From: the human T2T-CHM13v2.0 reference genome, Homo sapiens
Assembly: GCF_009914755.1 (NCBI RefSeq)
Contig: NC_060929.1
Length of the DNA stretch: 64,000 nt
Direction: 5' to 3' (one strand)
In this document: in pieces, positions 42,790-55,390 of the stretch
Position numbering within the stretch: position 1 is the first letter of the stretch
Layout: each line of letters starts with the position of its first letter
The notes under the pieces: model-generated
Seen by the model: only the letters and a program-made list of their open reading frames with translations
Told to the model about the DNA's origin: nothing
Databases searched by the model: none
Made by a program: the position numbers and the translations under genes

Positions 42790-43020
42790 TGCAGGTTTGA
42801 CTGTGAAGTCACAGAGACCTATATTTAGCCATCTCTTCCACTTACTACCTGTATGACCTTGGGCAAAGTAATTCTGTCTTTTACCCTCCTCCTATAGGTA
42901 AAATGGGAATATTATTAGTACCACCTGTTAGACTTACTGTTAGGATTAAAGGAAATGATGCATATGTAACACTTGGCTACAGTGTCTGGCATCTAAGGAC
43001 ACTCAATAAATGTCCTTGTT
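42790..43020. mobile_element. MIR (representative; other MIR-like cores near 7700, 10300, 11150, 16150, 17500, 20600, 27200, 44280, 56730, 60550)
   Basis: cacttactacctgtatgaccttgggcaaag...taaaatgggaat...aggattaaaggaaatgatgcatatgtaacacttggc. Confidence 0.75.
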
Positions 43021-45469
43021 TTTGCTTTTTAATTGCTGTCCTCTGTGCTATAGAATCCAAGGTGCTTTTGAAGTGGCTCAGGGGATGCACAAATGAACAG
43101 ATTATGAGAAAATAGTGAAAAAGAGTCAATGCCAACTTTTCTTCCATGCAATAAGGCTTCACAAAAGGGTAAAGGAAAATATCATGGGTATAAGCCTGGG
43201 TAGCATTGAAGGCAACTGAAATATGTCCTGCTTAATTCATGCTCCAGGATAATGTGTGGACTCTTTCTTCCTTCCTTCCTTTTTTTGTTAAAAAAAAAAA
43301 ATCCAAATAACACATCATATGGACTCTTTGAAAAAATACCCCAAGGAACCCAGTGTAGCAAAGAAACCTGAAAGGCAACACCTACTGCTTTGCATAAAGC
43401 CTCCAGGAGGCTCCTGATTGCCCTTAATAAACCTGGCTAAAGTTCTGGCACCCCTTCCATGGCAGCACATTTCTCTAGAGGCCACAGGAATAAAAAATAA
43501 AAAGCCTCTCTCTAGAATGTTAGCAGAGGATGCCAACACTTAAAACATGAGTGGGAGGGAACCCAAGGAGGAGAGAGAAATGCTGAGAGAGTAAGAGAAA
43601 GAAAGCAAGTAGCAACAGAGAGCATGGGAAGGCTGAATACCTATGTTGCTATCTAAATAGGGCAACCTGCAGGATATTTTTTTCTCCTGAAAAAATAAGT
43701 AAATGGATCACCTGCACCGATAATGCATCCTTCCCTTTATTTCACAAGAAAGAAAAGTACGTTAAGTATATACGCCCAGAAGCGCAGTTGCTTAGGAGTC
43801 CTGATCAAGAGACAAAAATAGGATGTCAGTTTATGTAGTCATTAACAAGTGTATTGGAAGAATTGGATCCATGCATGTTAGGATTTGCAACAAGAGAACA
43901 ATCCTGTGAGTCACAGAGTCTAACAGGATTGATGTTCCTTCCTGTCTAATGTAGAGGAATTTATGAGTAAAGATCCTGATGGGAAAGGTCAAAATAAGCA
44001 TTTCAGATGCTGTGCCCTTTTCACCATCTCTCATCCCTCTAAGTCAAGCAGGATGAAATCCTCTGAGCCTAAAATTATAAGACTAATTAGCAGGATGGAT
44101 GGGAAGACATTAAAAGAGAAATGTTCCCGAGTTCAGTAAAATCTCATTAATTTAAATCCCATTTGATAAGTTGAACATAAGCTAGAATGAAACTTACAAT
44201 ATAGTGCAGCTGCAAAGAACACGAACTTAAGGAAGAATGACCTGCTGGTTAACTTCCTTAAGCCTCAGTCTTCTCATGTGTAAAACGGGGATTATAAGAG
44301 TACTTTCTTAATTACTAGGCATGGTATGATGATTAGATTGAATAGGAACTGCCAGATACTTAGCACAATTTCTAGCTAGTGTTTAGTAAATTGGAGCTAT
44401 TATTTTTATTACTAATAACCATTAGAATAACTCAAGTCATAGAACTGTAGAATTTCTGAGCCCTAAGAGACCTCATATGGTGCAGCACCCTATTTTGCAG
44501 AAAGTAAAAGGGGCCTAGATAGGTTCAGTGACTTCCGAGGTCACTCAGCCACCTGCCTCATGTCTTCCAAATAATCTCATTCAGGAGCTTCTACCATTAA
44601 TGAGTCAGAGTGTTAGCACCTGTGGCTGAAAAGAAGTTGTTATTAAAAAGGACTTAATGTCTTCATTAAATCAAAGCCACACCGAGTTCTACTAAGAAGT
44701 GCTTCATAAGCAGCTAGTTCAAGATAGTACAGCACTTAAAAGAAAATGCTGCTTTAAAACAGAAAACACGAAAGACATAAAAACCCAAAAGTTAATTCAA
44801 ACTTGCAAATTCATCTTCCCCCCGCCCCGGTCCCCCAAAGTAATATTTGCTTTTTATTCAGGTTTTCTGACTTGTAAAAGTAACTCAATATTTTCTAAAA
44901 GGTCACTTTTATAGAAGGTAAGAGTAGAAAGGAAAAGAAAGACAAAAGTAGAGAATGGAGAGAAGGAAGAAGGAAGAAGGGTAGGAATCACACATAAAGT
45001 CTTTTAAAGAATTTGGCCTTGTCACAGCTATGGAAAGCTGAAGGGCTGGGGTGATATGGGCAGCACCAGACTAACGTGACCACTGTTTTGGCTTGTACTC
45101 TTACTCAACACCCATACTCCAAGTCAACGTAATGCAGTTATGCTTTAAAAATGCAGTTTTATTTGTCTTTGCTCTTCAACTAAAATGCTCTTTTCTTGAC
45201 AGACTTAAGGTATCTGTTTGTTTTGAATTGTTAACTAACACTCTATCTAATGGAAGTGCATAAATCAATGTCATTCTCTTGTGTTTTTCCATAATTCAGT
45301 TCTAATGTATGCATTTGGTGCATGTACCACATGCAAAGGGTCTTGAGATTTTAATTGAAAGGTAAATGTGTGTTAGTTTTTACACTAGCCAGGAGGGAAA
45401 AAAAGCAACTCCTTTTTTCTCAGTTTTTTTAAACGAAGGATCTAAAACAAATGAGGAACTTTAAAATAT

Positions 45470-45657
45470 TGATTTATCTTTAATTATTATGGATACATAA
45501 TAGTTGCATATATTTATGGAGTACATGTGAAATATTGATACAAACATACAATATTGTCATGATCAAATCAGGGTATTTGGGATGTCTATCGCCTCAAGCA
45601 TTTATCATTTCTTTGTGTTAGAAACATTCCAGTTCTACCCTTTTAGTTATTTTGAAA
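45470..45657 (-). mobile_element. L1MA 3' end fragment
   Basis: gatacataatagttgcatatttatggagtacatgtg...gatcaaatcagggtatttggg...ttttagttattttgaaa. Confidence 0.75.
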
Positions 45658-46379
45658 AGCCACTTGTTCTGAAGGTGGGATTAGGGCTTAATGTTTTTAA
45701 AATTCATTTTTTAGTATATCCACCTTGCCCTTCAGAAAAACACACACACAAAACAAAAACCAGTGTTACATCAATGCCTTTATTCCTGTCCTGATAGCCA
45801 CACGTTGACATTTAGGCCCCAGGTTCACTAGGCTTTGGTCTGCACACCAGCTGCCAGCCTCTGACAAGTTGTGCCAGCATCCGCCCCACCATCAGGGTTG
45901 CTTGTGGCCTGGGAGAAGGAAACAAATGCAGCTAATGAGCTGGAAAAATAACACACTTGTAAGAATCAGCACAGGGATTAGATGCTTCCTATTCTTAGGA
46001 AAAGGAAAAAACTCAAAAAAAAAAAAAATGCAACCCCCACACCAACCCCCAACACCCTGCAAAACATTCACACAACAGCTAGTAGCATTCTGAGTTTCTC
46101 TCTTAATTAAAAATAAAAATAAAAAGTCCAGCTGTCATAGTGCCAGGCATTGGAGAAATAGCACAGGAACTCTTTAACCACGTAATAGCAACTGCAGTCC
46201 AGGTTATCCTGAGGCGAAGTTGTTTCTTTACTGTGGGAGCCATGGATAGTTGAGAAACATCATGGTGCAGAGGAAAGAGTAACCTCATCCTGGCAGCGGT
46301 GAGCCATGTGGCTGCTGCTACACAGACGTCTCAGTCCTGTGCCCCACCACCAACCTTTTTTTTTTTTTTTTTTTTTTAG

Positions 46380-46502
46380 CATTGATGAAATGGGTAGCAT
46401 AAATCCAATACTGTATGTTAAAGAAGGTGTATCCAAAAAGGCTGACAGCACAGCTGAATTCCTGATGGACTGGCTTAAGAGCAAAGTAGAGGCAAGCTAA
46501 AA
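46380..46502 (+). other. Candidate cryptic or lncRNA exon (123 bp)
   Basis: Long poly(T) tract plus AG acceptor (46378-46379) and AAA|GTAAGT donor (46503-46508). Only one frame is nearly open (TAA at 46498-46500). No expression evidence. Confidence 0.45.
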
Positions 46503-46620
46503 GTAAGTGCAAACCCCAGCTTGCTCTCTTAGCAATTATGTGACAAATAGAGTAACACTCCAGACCAGAGTAACCCACACATGGTTATTGCAGTAAACCT
46601 CAGCTGTTTTACTTCCCCAG

Positions 46621-47070
46621 TATATTTGTTTTCCGGGACTGCCAGGACAAATTATAAGTTGGTAGCTTAAAACCACAAAAAAAGTATTATCTCACAGTTT
46701 TGGAGCCAGGCATCTTTAAAAAAAAAAAAAATCAAGACATCAGCAGGGTTGGGTTGCTTCCTTCTGGAGTCTCTGAAGGAGGATCTGTTCCATGCCTCTC
46801 TCCTAGCTTCTGGTGGTTGCCAGCAACCCTTTGCATTCTGTGGCATATAGATGCATCACTCCAATCTGTGCTTCCTTCTTCACATGGTCTTGTGTGTCTT
46901 CTCCCCTTCTAAGGACACCCTTTCATTGGATTCAGGGCCCACCCTAAATTTCATCTCATTCTGAAGTCCTTAGCTTAATTACATCTTCAGGGGCCCCTTT
47001 TCTAAATAAAGCCATATTCACAGGTTTGAGTAGACACATCTTTTGAGGCACTACCATCCAACCCAACATA
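46621..47070 (-). mobile_element. MLT1 (MLT1A-C-like) LTR
   Basis: tctcacagttttggagccagg...ccttctggagtctctgaaggaggatctgttccatgcctctctcctagcttctggtgg...atccaacccaacata. Confidence 0.85.
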
Positions 47071-50000
47071 CCCAGCATCTATTCTCCTGCCTACTGGTAA
47101 TAATACTTCACCTTCACTTTAGGAAATCAATTCCACCCAGACTCCAAGGGTGATGCTATGGTGCAGACCAAGCCCATCCTTAGCCCATCCCAATAGCCTC
47201 ATTGGCAGGGTCAGTCTGCAGTTCCAGCTTTTCAATTACATTAAGTCTTAGTTATTTTCTGAAAGTACTGGGGATAAAATACTTTTTTGCCTGGAGTTGC
47301 TAAGCTTGGAGTTGTTAGGAAATTCAGGAAAAGCATGTATGAGAAAGTACAATTCTGTAGAGAAGACTCAGCAAATGGGGAGAGACCAGAGACCTCCTGG
47401 GCCCACCTGGGCCAGAAAGCACCCTGAGATTTCAGTTATGTGTTCCACTTAAGGCCTCCTTTAGCTTCACGTAGTTTGGTTGAGTTTCTTTCACTTGCAA
47501 GTGATTTTTGAAAAAAAAAAAGCTAGTGCATTTTTATTCATTTTACAAATATTTGGCTGCCAATAATGCACCACACATGGTGTTAGTCTCTGGGGATAAA
47601 AATGATAAAGACATAATTCCTGCCTTCGAGGAAGTCATAATCTTTTAGGGGACTGTTGAGATGTCATGAGATTTCTGTGGCAGCTAGAAGGGAAGCTTAG
47701 AGTCCATCTCGTGTTCAATCCCAACTTTTCACGGCAGCATGGAATATAAGAGTAAGATCATAAGCCAGTGGGGAGTCTGAGTGCTCACTCATTAATTTGC
47801 AAACATTTGAAACAGTGTCATCACTCCCAATGCTCCAGGGAAAGACAAAGGTGTGGAAATGAAGGGTAGATGGTGAAGATGGATCGCAGATTGTCTGGCT
47901 CTCTACAGCTAGGAGGGAGCCTGACTTCTCCCCCAGGGTATTTTTAGCTTCCTATTCTTAGAGATGATCACAGCATTCTGGTCTTCTCAGTACTTCCATA
48001 TGAGGAAAAACCAGAGACAAAAGGAAAAATCAGAGCAAAGGGCACCAGGAAGGAACTGGGTGTCCCAAGAGAAAATCTGGTGACAGCTTCTCCACAGGGT
48101 AATCTTTCTAGGCAAACTCAGTAGTGAGCTGAGTTTACTAATACTAATACAAACTCTAGTAGTATATAATGGTTTTGAGTTGTAATTGTATAGCATATTT
48201 AAAACATCATCTATTTTCAATTAGACAGTAAATTTGTTGAAGATGGAAACTCTAGAGGACAGTCTTTCTTTTGGCATTCAATGTCTAAATCTCCTTATAT
48301 TAGGGAATCCTGTACTGTACCAAATCAACCTGTGTCCCTCCATAGGGGCTAAAAGGCCAGATGGTCTGCTTCTCAGCCTGTCTCTTGGCTAGGATGTGGG
48401 GATGAGACCCAGGCTCTGCCAAACAGAACCATCAGCACCAAATGTTAAACTAAACATTAGTGATGAGAAAAAGTGGGGCCATTCCGCAAACAGTGACAAA
48501 AGTATTCACTGTGTTTATAGGGGTAGTGTGCAGGATTGCTGTTTTCAACAGTACAACTTGAGGCATCTGGTGCCCAGTGACAGTAACATCTGAACCAACC
48601 TCACTGCGCAATCTTAGATGATGCTTCTGGCTGCAGTCTCTGCACCTGCTTCTTCCGCCTTCCTAAAGATTTATGTCTTCTTACTAATTTATTTCCCAAT
48701 AAAAGGTGAGAATTGGTTCCTGCTGTTTGCAACTAAGAACTCTGACTTAGTTTCCTTTAGTCATCTAGCTAACTCCAACAGATTTAGTCAATAAATGGTT
48801 ATTTATTTGAATGTATTACCCTCTGACTCCACACCACCCCATGTTAACTTTGCCAGGCAAGTACCATTGTTTTTTCTTTTTTCCCTTCCCAACTGGTTGG
48901 AAACAAGGCCTAGAAAAACTAAATGACTTATGAAGACATATGGCTGGCAGTGAGTAAACCCTTTCCACACTGTACCAGGGGTCACACACACTGCTGCTTA
49001 TGAATGCAACATGTAAAAATAATCAGGGAATCTCTTATTTCTGACCCACATTATCACATTGAAAGTCATAAAACAAGGTTGGACTAGCCCTGCATTCCTG
49101 CTGGCACCTACGAGAGCCATGCTGACTGCTCTCTTCAGACACAGTCTACGCTACCCAGCTCACACCAGTCCCTTCACCTTGTCTTACCCACCCCCCCTCC
49201 ACTCAGGCATGTTACCTACCTGGCTGCAGAACTATTCCACTCTACCTCCAGGGAATGCAGAAAGCAAAGAAAACAGGCACTTAAATTTTCTTGCTTCAGT
49301 GCTAGAAACGTATTCTGGATCTAAAGTACAAAAGCCCAGAACGTCACACAAAACAGCAATGTAAGAAGTCAGTCTTCTAGCCAATGAGTCAGGGTCCAAC
49401 AAGAGGGTATAGGTCAGGGGGAGGAGGGGAATCAAAATGTCTTGCCTTTGCTTCATGTTCTACCCCTTATGTGCTAACCTAGAATCTTTGTTAATAACAT
49501 TCAAATGAGATCACACAGAGTACTTTTAATTTTTTTCAATCAGTTTTGTTTTCTGATTGCAGAAGTATTAGGCATGGTATGGTAAAAAAAAAAAAAAAAA
49601 AAAAAAAAAAGGTCAAGAAAAGGAGAAACAACATACATACCATTCAGTTTCCAAACCCAAAGAAAATAATTGTTGGGGAATATATCTAGCATTTCAGATT
49701 CTCTTGACGCATTCTAAATGATCAAGTTTTCTACCAAGGTACTTTTGTTATAGTACGTTTCATAGCCACTGCTCGACTCCTACAAATCACAGATTTAGAA
49801 AATTTAGAGTATTGAAAGTCACAAGTGGGCATCTGCAGACCTGGAGGCCAGGCAGGAGAGCTGCATGGATGCGGAAGAATTCCTGAGAGAGTCAAAGGTG
49901 AGAGAAGAGGAGGGAGAAAGTTTCTCTGCCAGTCTCCAGAAAAGACAGAGGCCTACATTCTATTACTTAGAGAGGCAGGGATGAAATGATGTGGAATAAG

Positions 50001-51824
50001 TGCCCCAGAGCTTGAGATTGAAGTAGACACCCCCCAACCCAGAAGGGAAATATGGAGGCAATGAGCCATGATGCAGTTAAAAGGACACTTTTTCAGGGGT
50101 CGGAGACTAAATATAGCAGACTAGATGTATATCCACTCCAAAGAAAATGGTGATCAAGGTGGAAATACTGTGTTGGGGGACGGGAGTAAAAAATCAACTA
50201 TTTTCAGGAGGTAGGCAAGCAAAGCAAATGAATGAAGTAGGCCAGGTATGAGGGAAGTGAGATAAACTTTGCTGGAATTTTAAACACACAAATATTCTTC
50301 CACAAATAAGTATTCTTTGTCACTTTTTGGAAACATGGCAGCCTTCTTTGTCTTTCATTTTCACAGTAGGAAAAACAGGTCAGACACAATGATAAATGGA
50401 AGTTGATCATGGATCGTGGTATCAAGGAGACAATGAGATGTGGCTGGGGGTTCTAGAAGACTGGAGAATTCATACCCCATCTGAAGGGCTATACCCTGGC
50501 TAATAAAAATAGCAAAACAGAATAAAAACATAATATTCCAGAATAAATTCCAGAAGTAGGCTGAAAGGTATTAATACCGTTAATGTTGGAAAAGGTCTGG
50601 GAAGAGGAAAGGGAGGAAGAAGGTTGAGAGAGAGAATGAATGCATGAATATGAATGGTGGCTCATAGGCTATATGACTTACCAATATCATAAAAGTAAGC
50701 ATTGAGAAGAATGACTCAGTAATTTATGATAAAATGGGGAAGTTTTTATGTTGACTGTCATTTATAGAAAACATAATACAATTAGTGTTTTTCCCCCTCT
50801 AAAAATACTTTGACAAAAGGATTAAATTCAATAGACTGTAATGATTGGGGGAAAGAAAATAGTATAAGATTTTTGTTTTTTGCAAAATTTACTCATGCTT
50901 TGAAGAATCATTGTGACATCTGCATCTATTTCATGGAAAAGAATCATGATTTTTCTCCTTAAGTTTTAACTATAAACAAAGAAAGGTACAGAATAGTAAT
51001 TTAGGTCAATATGAATAATTATTGTTAACACCAAGAACTATTCACATGAAGAAAATAATGTAATATGAAGAGTCTTGGTATTGGGTTCTAGAATCTGCAC
51101 TGTATGTGGCCTTAGCTAGAGAATTATCCTTTGAGACACAGTTGCCTCTTTTCAAAAATGGGTATGGTACTACCTGTGTATGAAAAGGGAGATGGACTGT
51201 GTATGAACTCTACAAATTTCCAAGCCTTCCACAGACATACATTTAAGTTAAGGTAGGCTAATATGATTCAAAGATCTAGAAATGCATACAACATATTTAT
51301 TAAATTTTAACTAATTTTGAAATTTAAAGATCTTATGGCATCTTGTCCAATCCCACTCAGCCAACCTTACGCCCATCATGTCTTACCCTAACCACACCAC
51401 ACCTGATAGCCTAGGCGCTTTTAATCCCAGAGCCAGGAGACCCCAAAATAATATATACCTAGAGTTAAGAATTAGAACAACCTTAGTTCAAAGTCCAATT
51501 TCATAAGCTTAGCCTCTCCGTTTCCTAACCAGAAAATTGAGATCCTAAGGCCTACTTCAGAGGTTGTTGTACAGGTAGAGAAGGAATGTAAAATACCTAC
51601 TAAAGCCTAGCATAAAGAAATTACCCAATAACTACAGCTTGTTATTGTTGGTTCTAATAGAGTTTTATCCTGTTATTCTTATTAGGAAACTCTAAGTAGA
51701 GATTTCTCCCTGATGACAGGGAGATTGGTTAACCCTTGACATCCAGTGCTGCGTTAATGTTATCTAGCGTCAAGTGTGTGTGTCCTGTAATCATCATTAC
51801 TGTGTCACAAGCTTCCTGAGAGTA

Positions 51825-52305
51825 AGAATCTCATTCGATACTTACTGAGCATCTTCTCTATGCTAGACACTTTTCTCAGACCTGGGGCTCCCAGGAAGCC
51901 TGGCTCCCTCTGCTCTCACAGAGCTTATGCTCTGAGAAGAGGCAGCCTATCAACAGGTATACAAATTAAAAGCAGCTCTTGGGAGATGGTATACATGAAA
52001 TAACCAGAGGATGTAACAGAGACAGGATGTGGTGGGAAAGATGGGGAGCTGTATTAGAAAGGCAAGGAAGGGCCTGTGAGACCACAAGGCCTGACACGGG
52101 AGGAAGAGCAACAAGACACAGACCTGAGTGAGGAAAGCAGCACGAGCAAAGGAGGGGCAAGTTCAAATACTGAAGGAGAAACCCAGGCTGTTTCTTTGAG
52201 GAATAGTGGAAAGAGCTAGGGAGCTGAGAGAGGAGAGAGAATTACACAAAATAAAATGAGAGAGGTAGGCAGGATCCATGTCTCATAGGGCTTTAAGCAG
52301 AAGAG
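51825..52305 (-). mobile_element. LINE-2 3' fragment
   Basis: tacttactgagcatcttctctatgctagacact...gagagaggtaggcaggatccatgtctcatagggctttaagcag. Confidence 0.7.
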
Positions 52306-54349
52306 GGTTCCAAGTACATGACTATTTCATCAAGTCACCATTTCATCAAATACACCATTTCCTGGTTGCTGAACAGTAAGAAAAATTTTGTTTTCTTTCT
52401 TTTTTGTTTCAAATATGATTTCATATTTGGGTCATTCTTGCCTTAGCCCCTTGCAAGAAAGTACTGGGTATCACTCCCACATCCCCACCTGCCTTCACCC
52501 AGTCACCTGAAGAGAAATGCCAGGTGAGGAACCCTTGACTCATTTCAAAGTTCTCCCCTTCCAGCTACCAGTGGTGCACTCAGTGTAACAGACCAATGAG
52601 GATTTCTTCAGCCCGTATTCTACTTCTCTCTGGCATTTCAGAAGTTGGCTCCACTGCCTGAGGAAGACATTTTAGGAGAGGTTTCCATAGAAACTTAAAC
52701 TTTCTCTCCAGCTGCTCATGTAGTTTATCCCTTTATTTTTTAAATGCACATTATTATTATTGTTTTCAATCAGCTTTTGGGCTTTTGCTTTCTTGGGTTC
52801 AAATAATATCAGATCTCTAGGAACACAAGCTCTCTCATTCTCCATTCAACAATCTCTCCTAATTATGCTTCCATGGCTGACAGAGAGGGTTATAGAAGCT
52901 TTGCTGCCATAATGAATCAATTCTCAGATTAATATTCACTGTATCCCTTAGAGACCCTTAGGTGGTTAGCCCTCAGTCACCAGTGTAGCCTTGATAGCAC
53001 TGATGTTACATAAGAAGTCTTATGAAGCCATTGTCCAGCCTCCTTCCACAGCCTCTTTTCATGACACTAATCTTTTCTCCTAGATCACCACATTTCAAAT
53101 CTAAAACCCACTGCACCTTCTTTCTTATTAACACAGGCTTAAGTCTCACCCACTTTGGGCATTGTAAGTGCCATTTCTTTGAGCTATGTTATACTCATTC
53201 TTAATTTACATAAAGTAGTACTTCCCAAATTAAACATTTCCTGACCTCTTGTGGGGCTGGATTCACCTGTTATGGCTTCCTCATAGCACTTCTCATAATT
53301 ATAATAACATGATTATTTTGATGGTTATATATGTGGTGTCTATCTCTGTTAAAATGTAAATTCCTTAAGGAATTATGTCTTTTGTATCTTCTGTAACATT
53401 TAACAGTATTTTTTGAAAAATAAAAATATTACTATTTCTCTAATATAGCCATCTTAAGTTCAAAAGAAGAGGAATCAAGTAACTTCTACTTTGTGCATTT
53501 ATGGAGTAAAATTTATTTTCTTCAAGGAAACAAGTGTATATCATGTATTGTGAAACAACTGGAAAAAAATAAACTTATTTTGGTTTCAGTGAAGCTATCA
53601 TTCAATAGGGTATGGATCAAAGCAAAAGACAGGCCATTTAAGAGCTGCACATAGTAATTTGAAGTGGGAATAATGCAACTCTCCACCTCTTCTGTATACA
53701 GATGAGCAACAGGTGAGCATGACTGTCAGCATGGTCCAGAATTCTCACTCCACGTAGAAGTTAAGAGAGAATGGAGGGGAAGGGAAGAGTAAGGAAAAGA
53801 GGGGAAAGAAGGAGGCAGCGGGACAGACAGAATACTAAGAACATGTGGGAAAAACAAAGACACCACACTCGAGGATATGAGAAACAGAATAAAAGAGACC
53901 CACATGGAGACTCCAAGTCCATCTTGGGGTGGGAAGAGAGAAAGGCAATACAAATTGGCTGGGAGGAGAGGCCTGGAGAAGAGATCCAACCTGCATTTCG
54001 GGGGTGGGGGGGCTCAGAACCTTTGACAGTTTACAATTCTGTTCTAAGGGCATAGATAGATCATCCTATGCCAGATACCACCAGGAGGCTGATGTGTGAG
54101 ATGATTTCTTTAGGCCTGCAGGTCAAACCTAATCATACAGTTACCATTGCTGAATCTGTTGCATATGCTGGTTTCCTTAGAAACATTGCTGTAATAAATC
54201 CTTACAAGAACCTGTTTTACCAATGGGGAAGCTCAGGCTTAGAAAGTTTAAGGTACTTTACGAAAGTCACCCAGCTGACATGTGGCAGATTTTAAGTCTG
54301 TATGATTCCAGAACTGAGCTCTGTTCATTATACTACCCTGGCCTGGCTC

Positions 54350-54380
<31 letters not shown>

Positions 54381-54494
54381 GGGGAGGGAGGCGGGCGGGG
54401 GCTGAGAATCCTCATTCTACAACACAATGGGGGAGGGAGATGATGGAGAACCTACCAGGTGAATATAATGATGGGTGGCATTCAATCAGCTAAA

Positions 54495-55390
<896 letters not shown>

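Noticed and set aside
49780-50700. Purine-rich segment possibly derived from an old L1 5' region or ERV
   Set aside because: I could not assign a family or reading frame by eye, so it is left unannotated.
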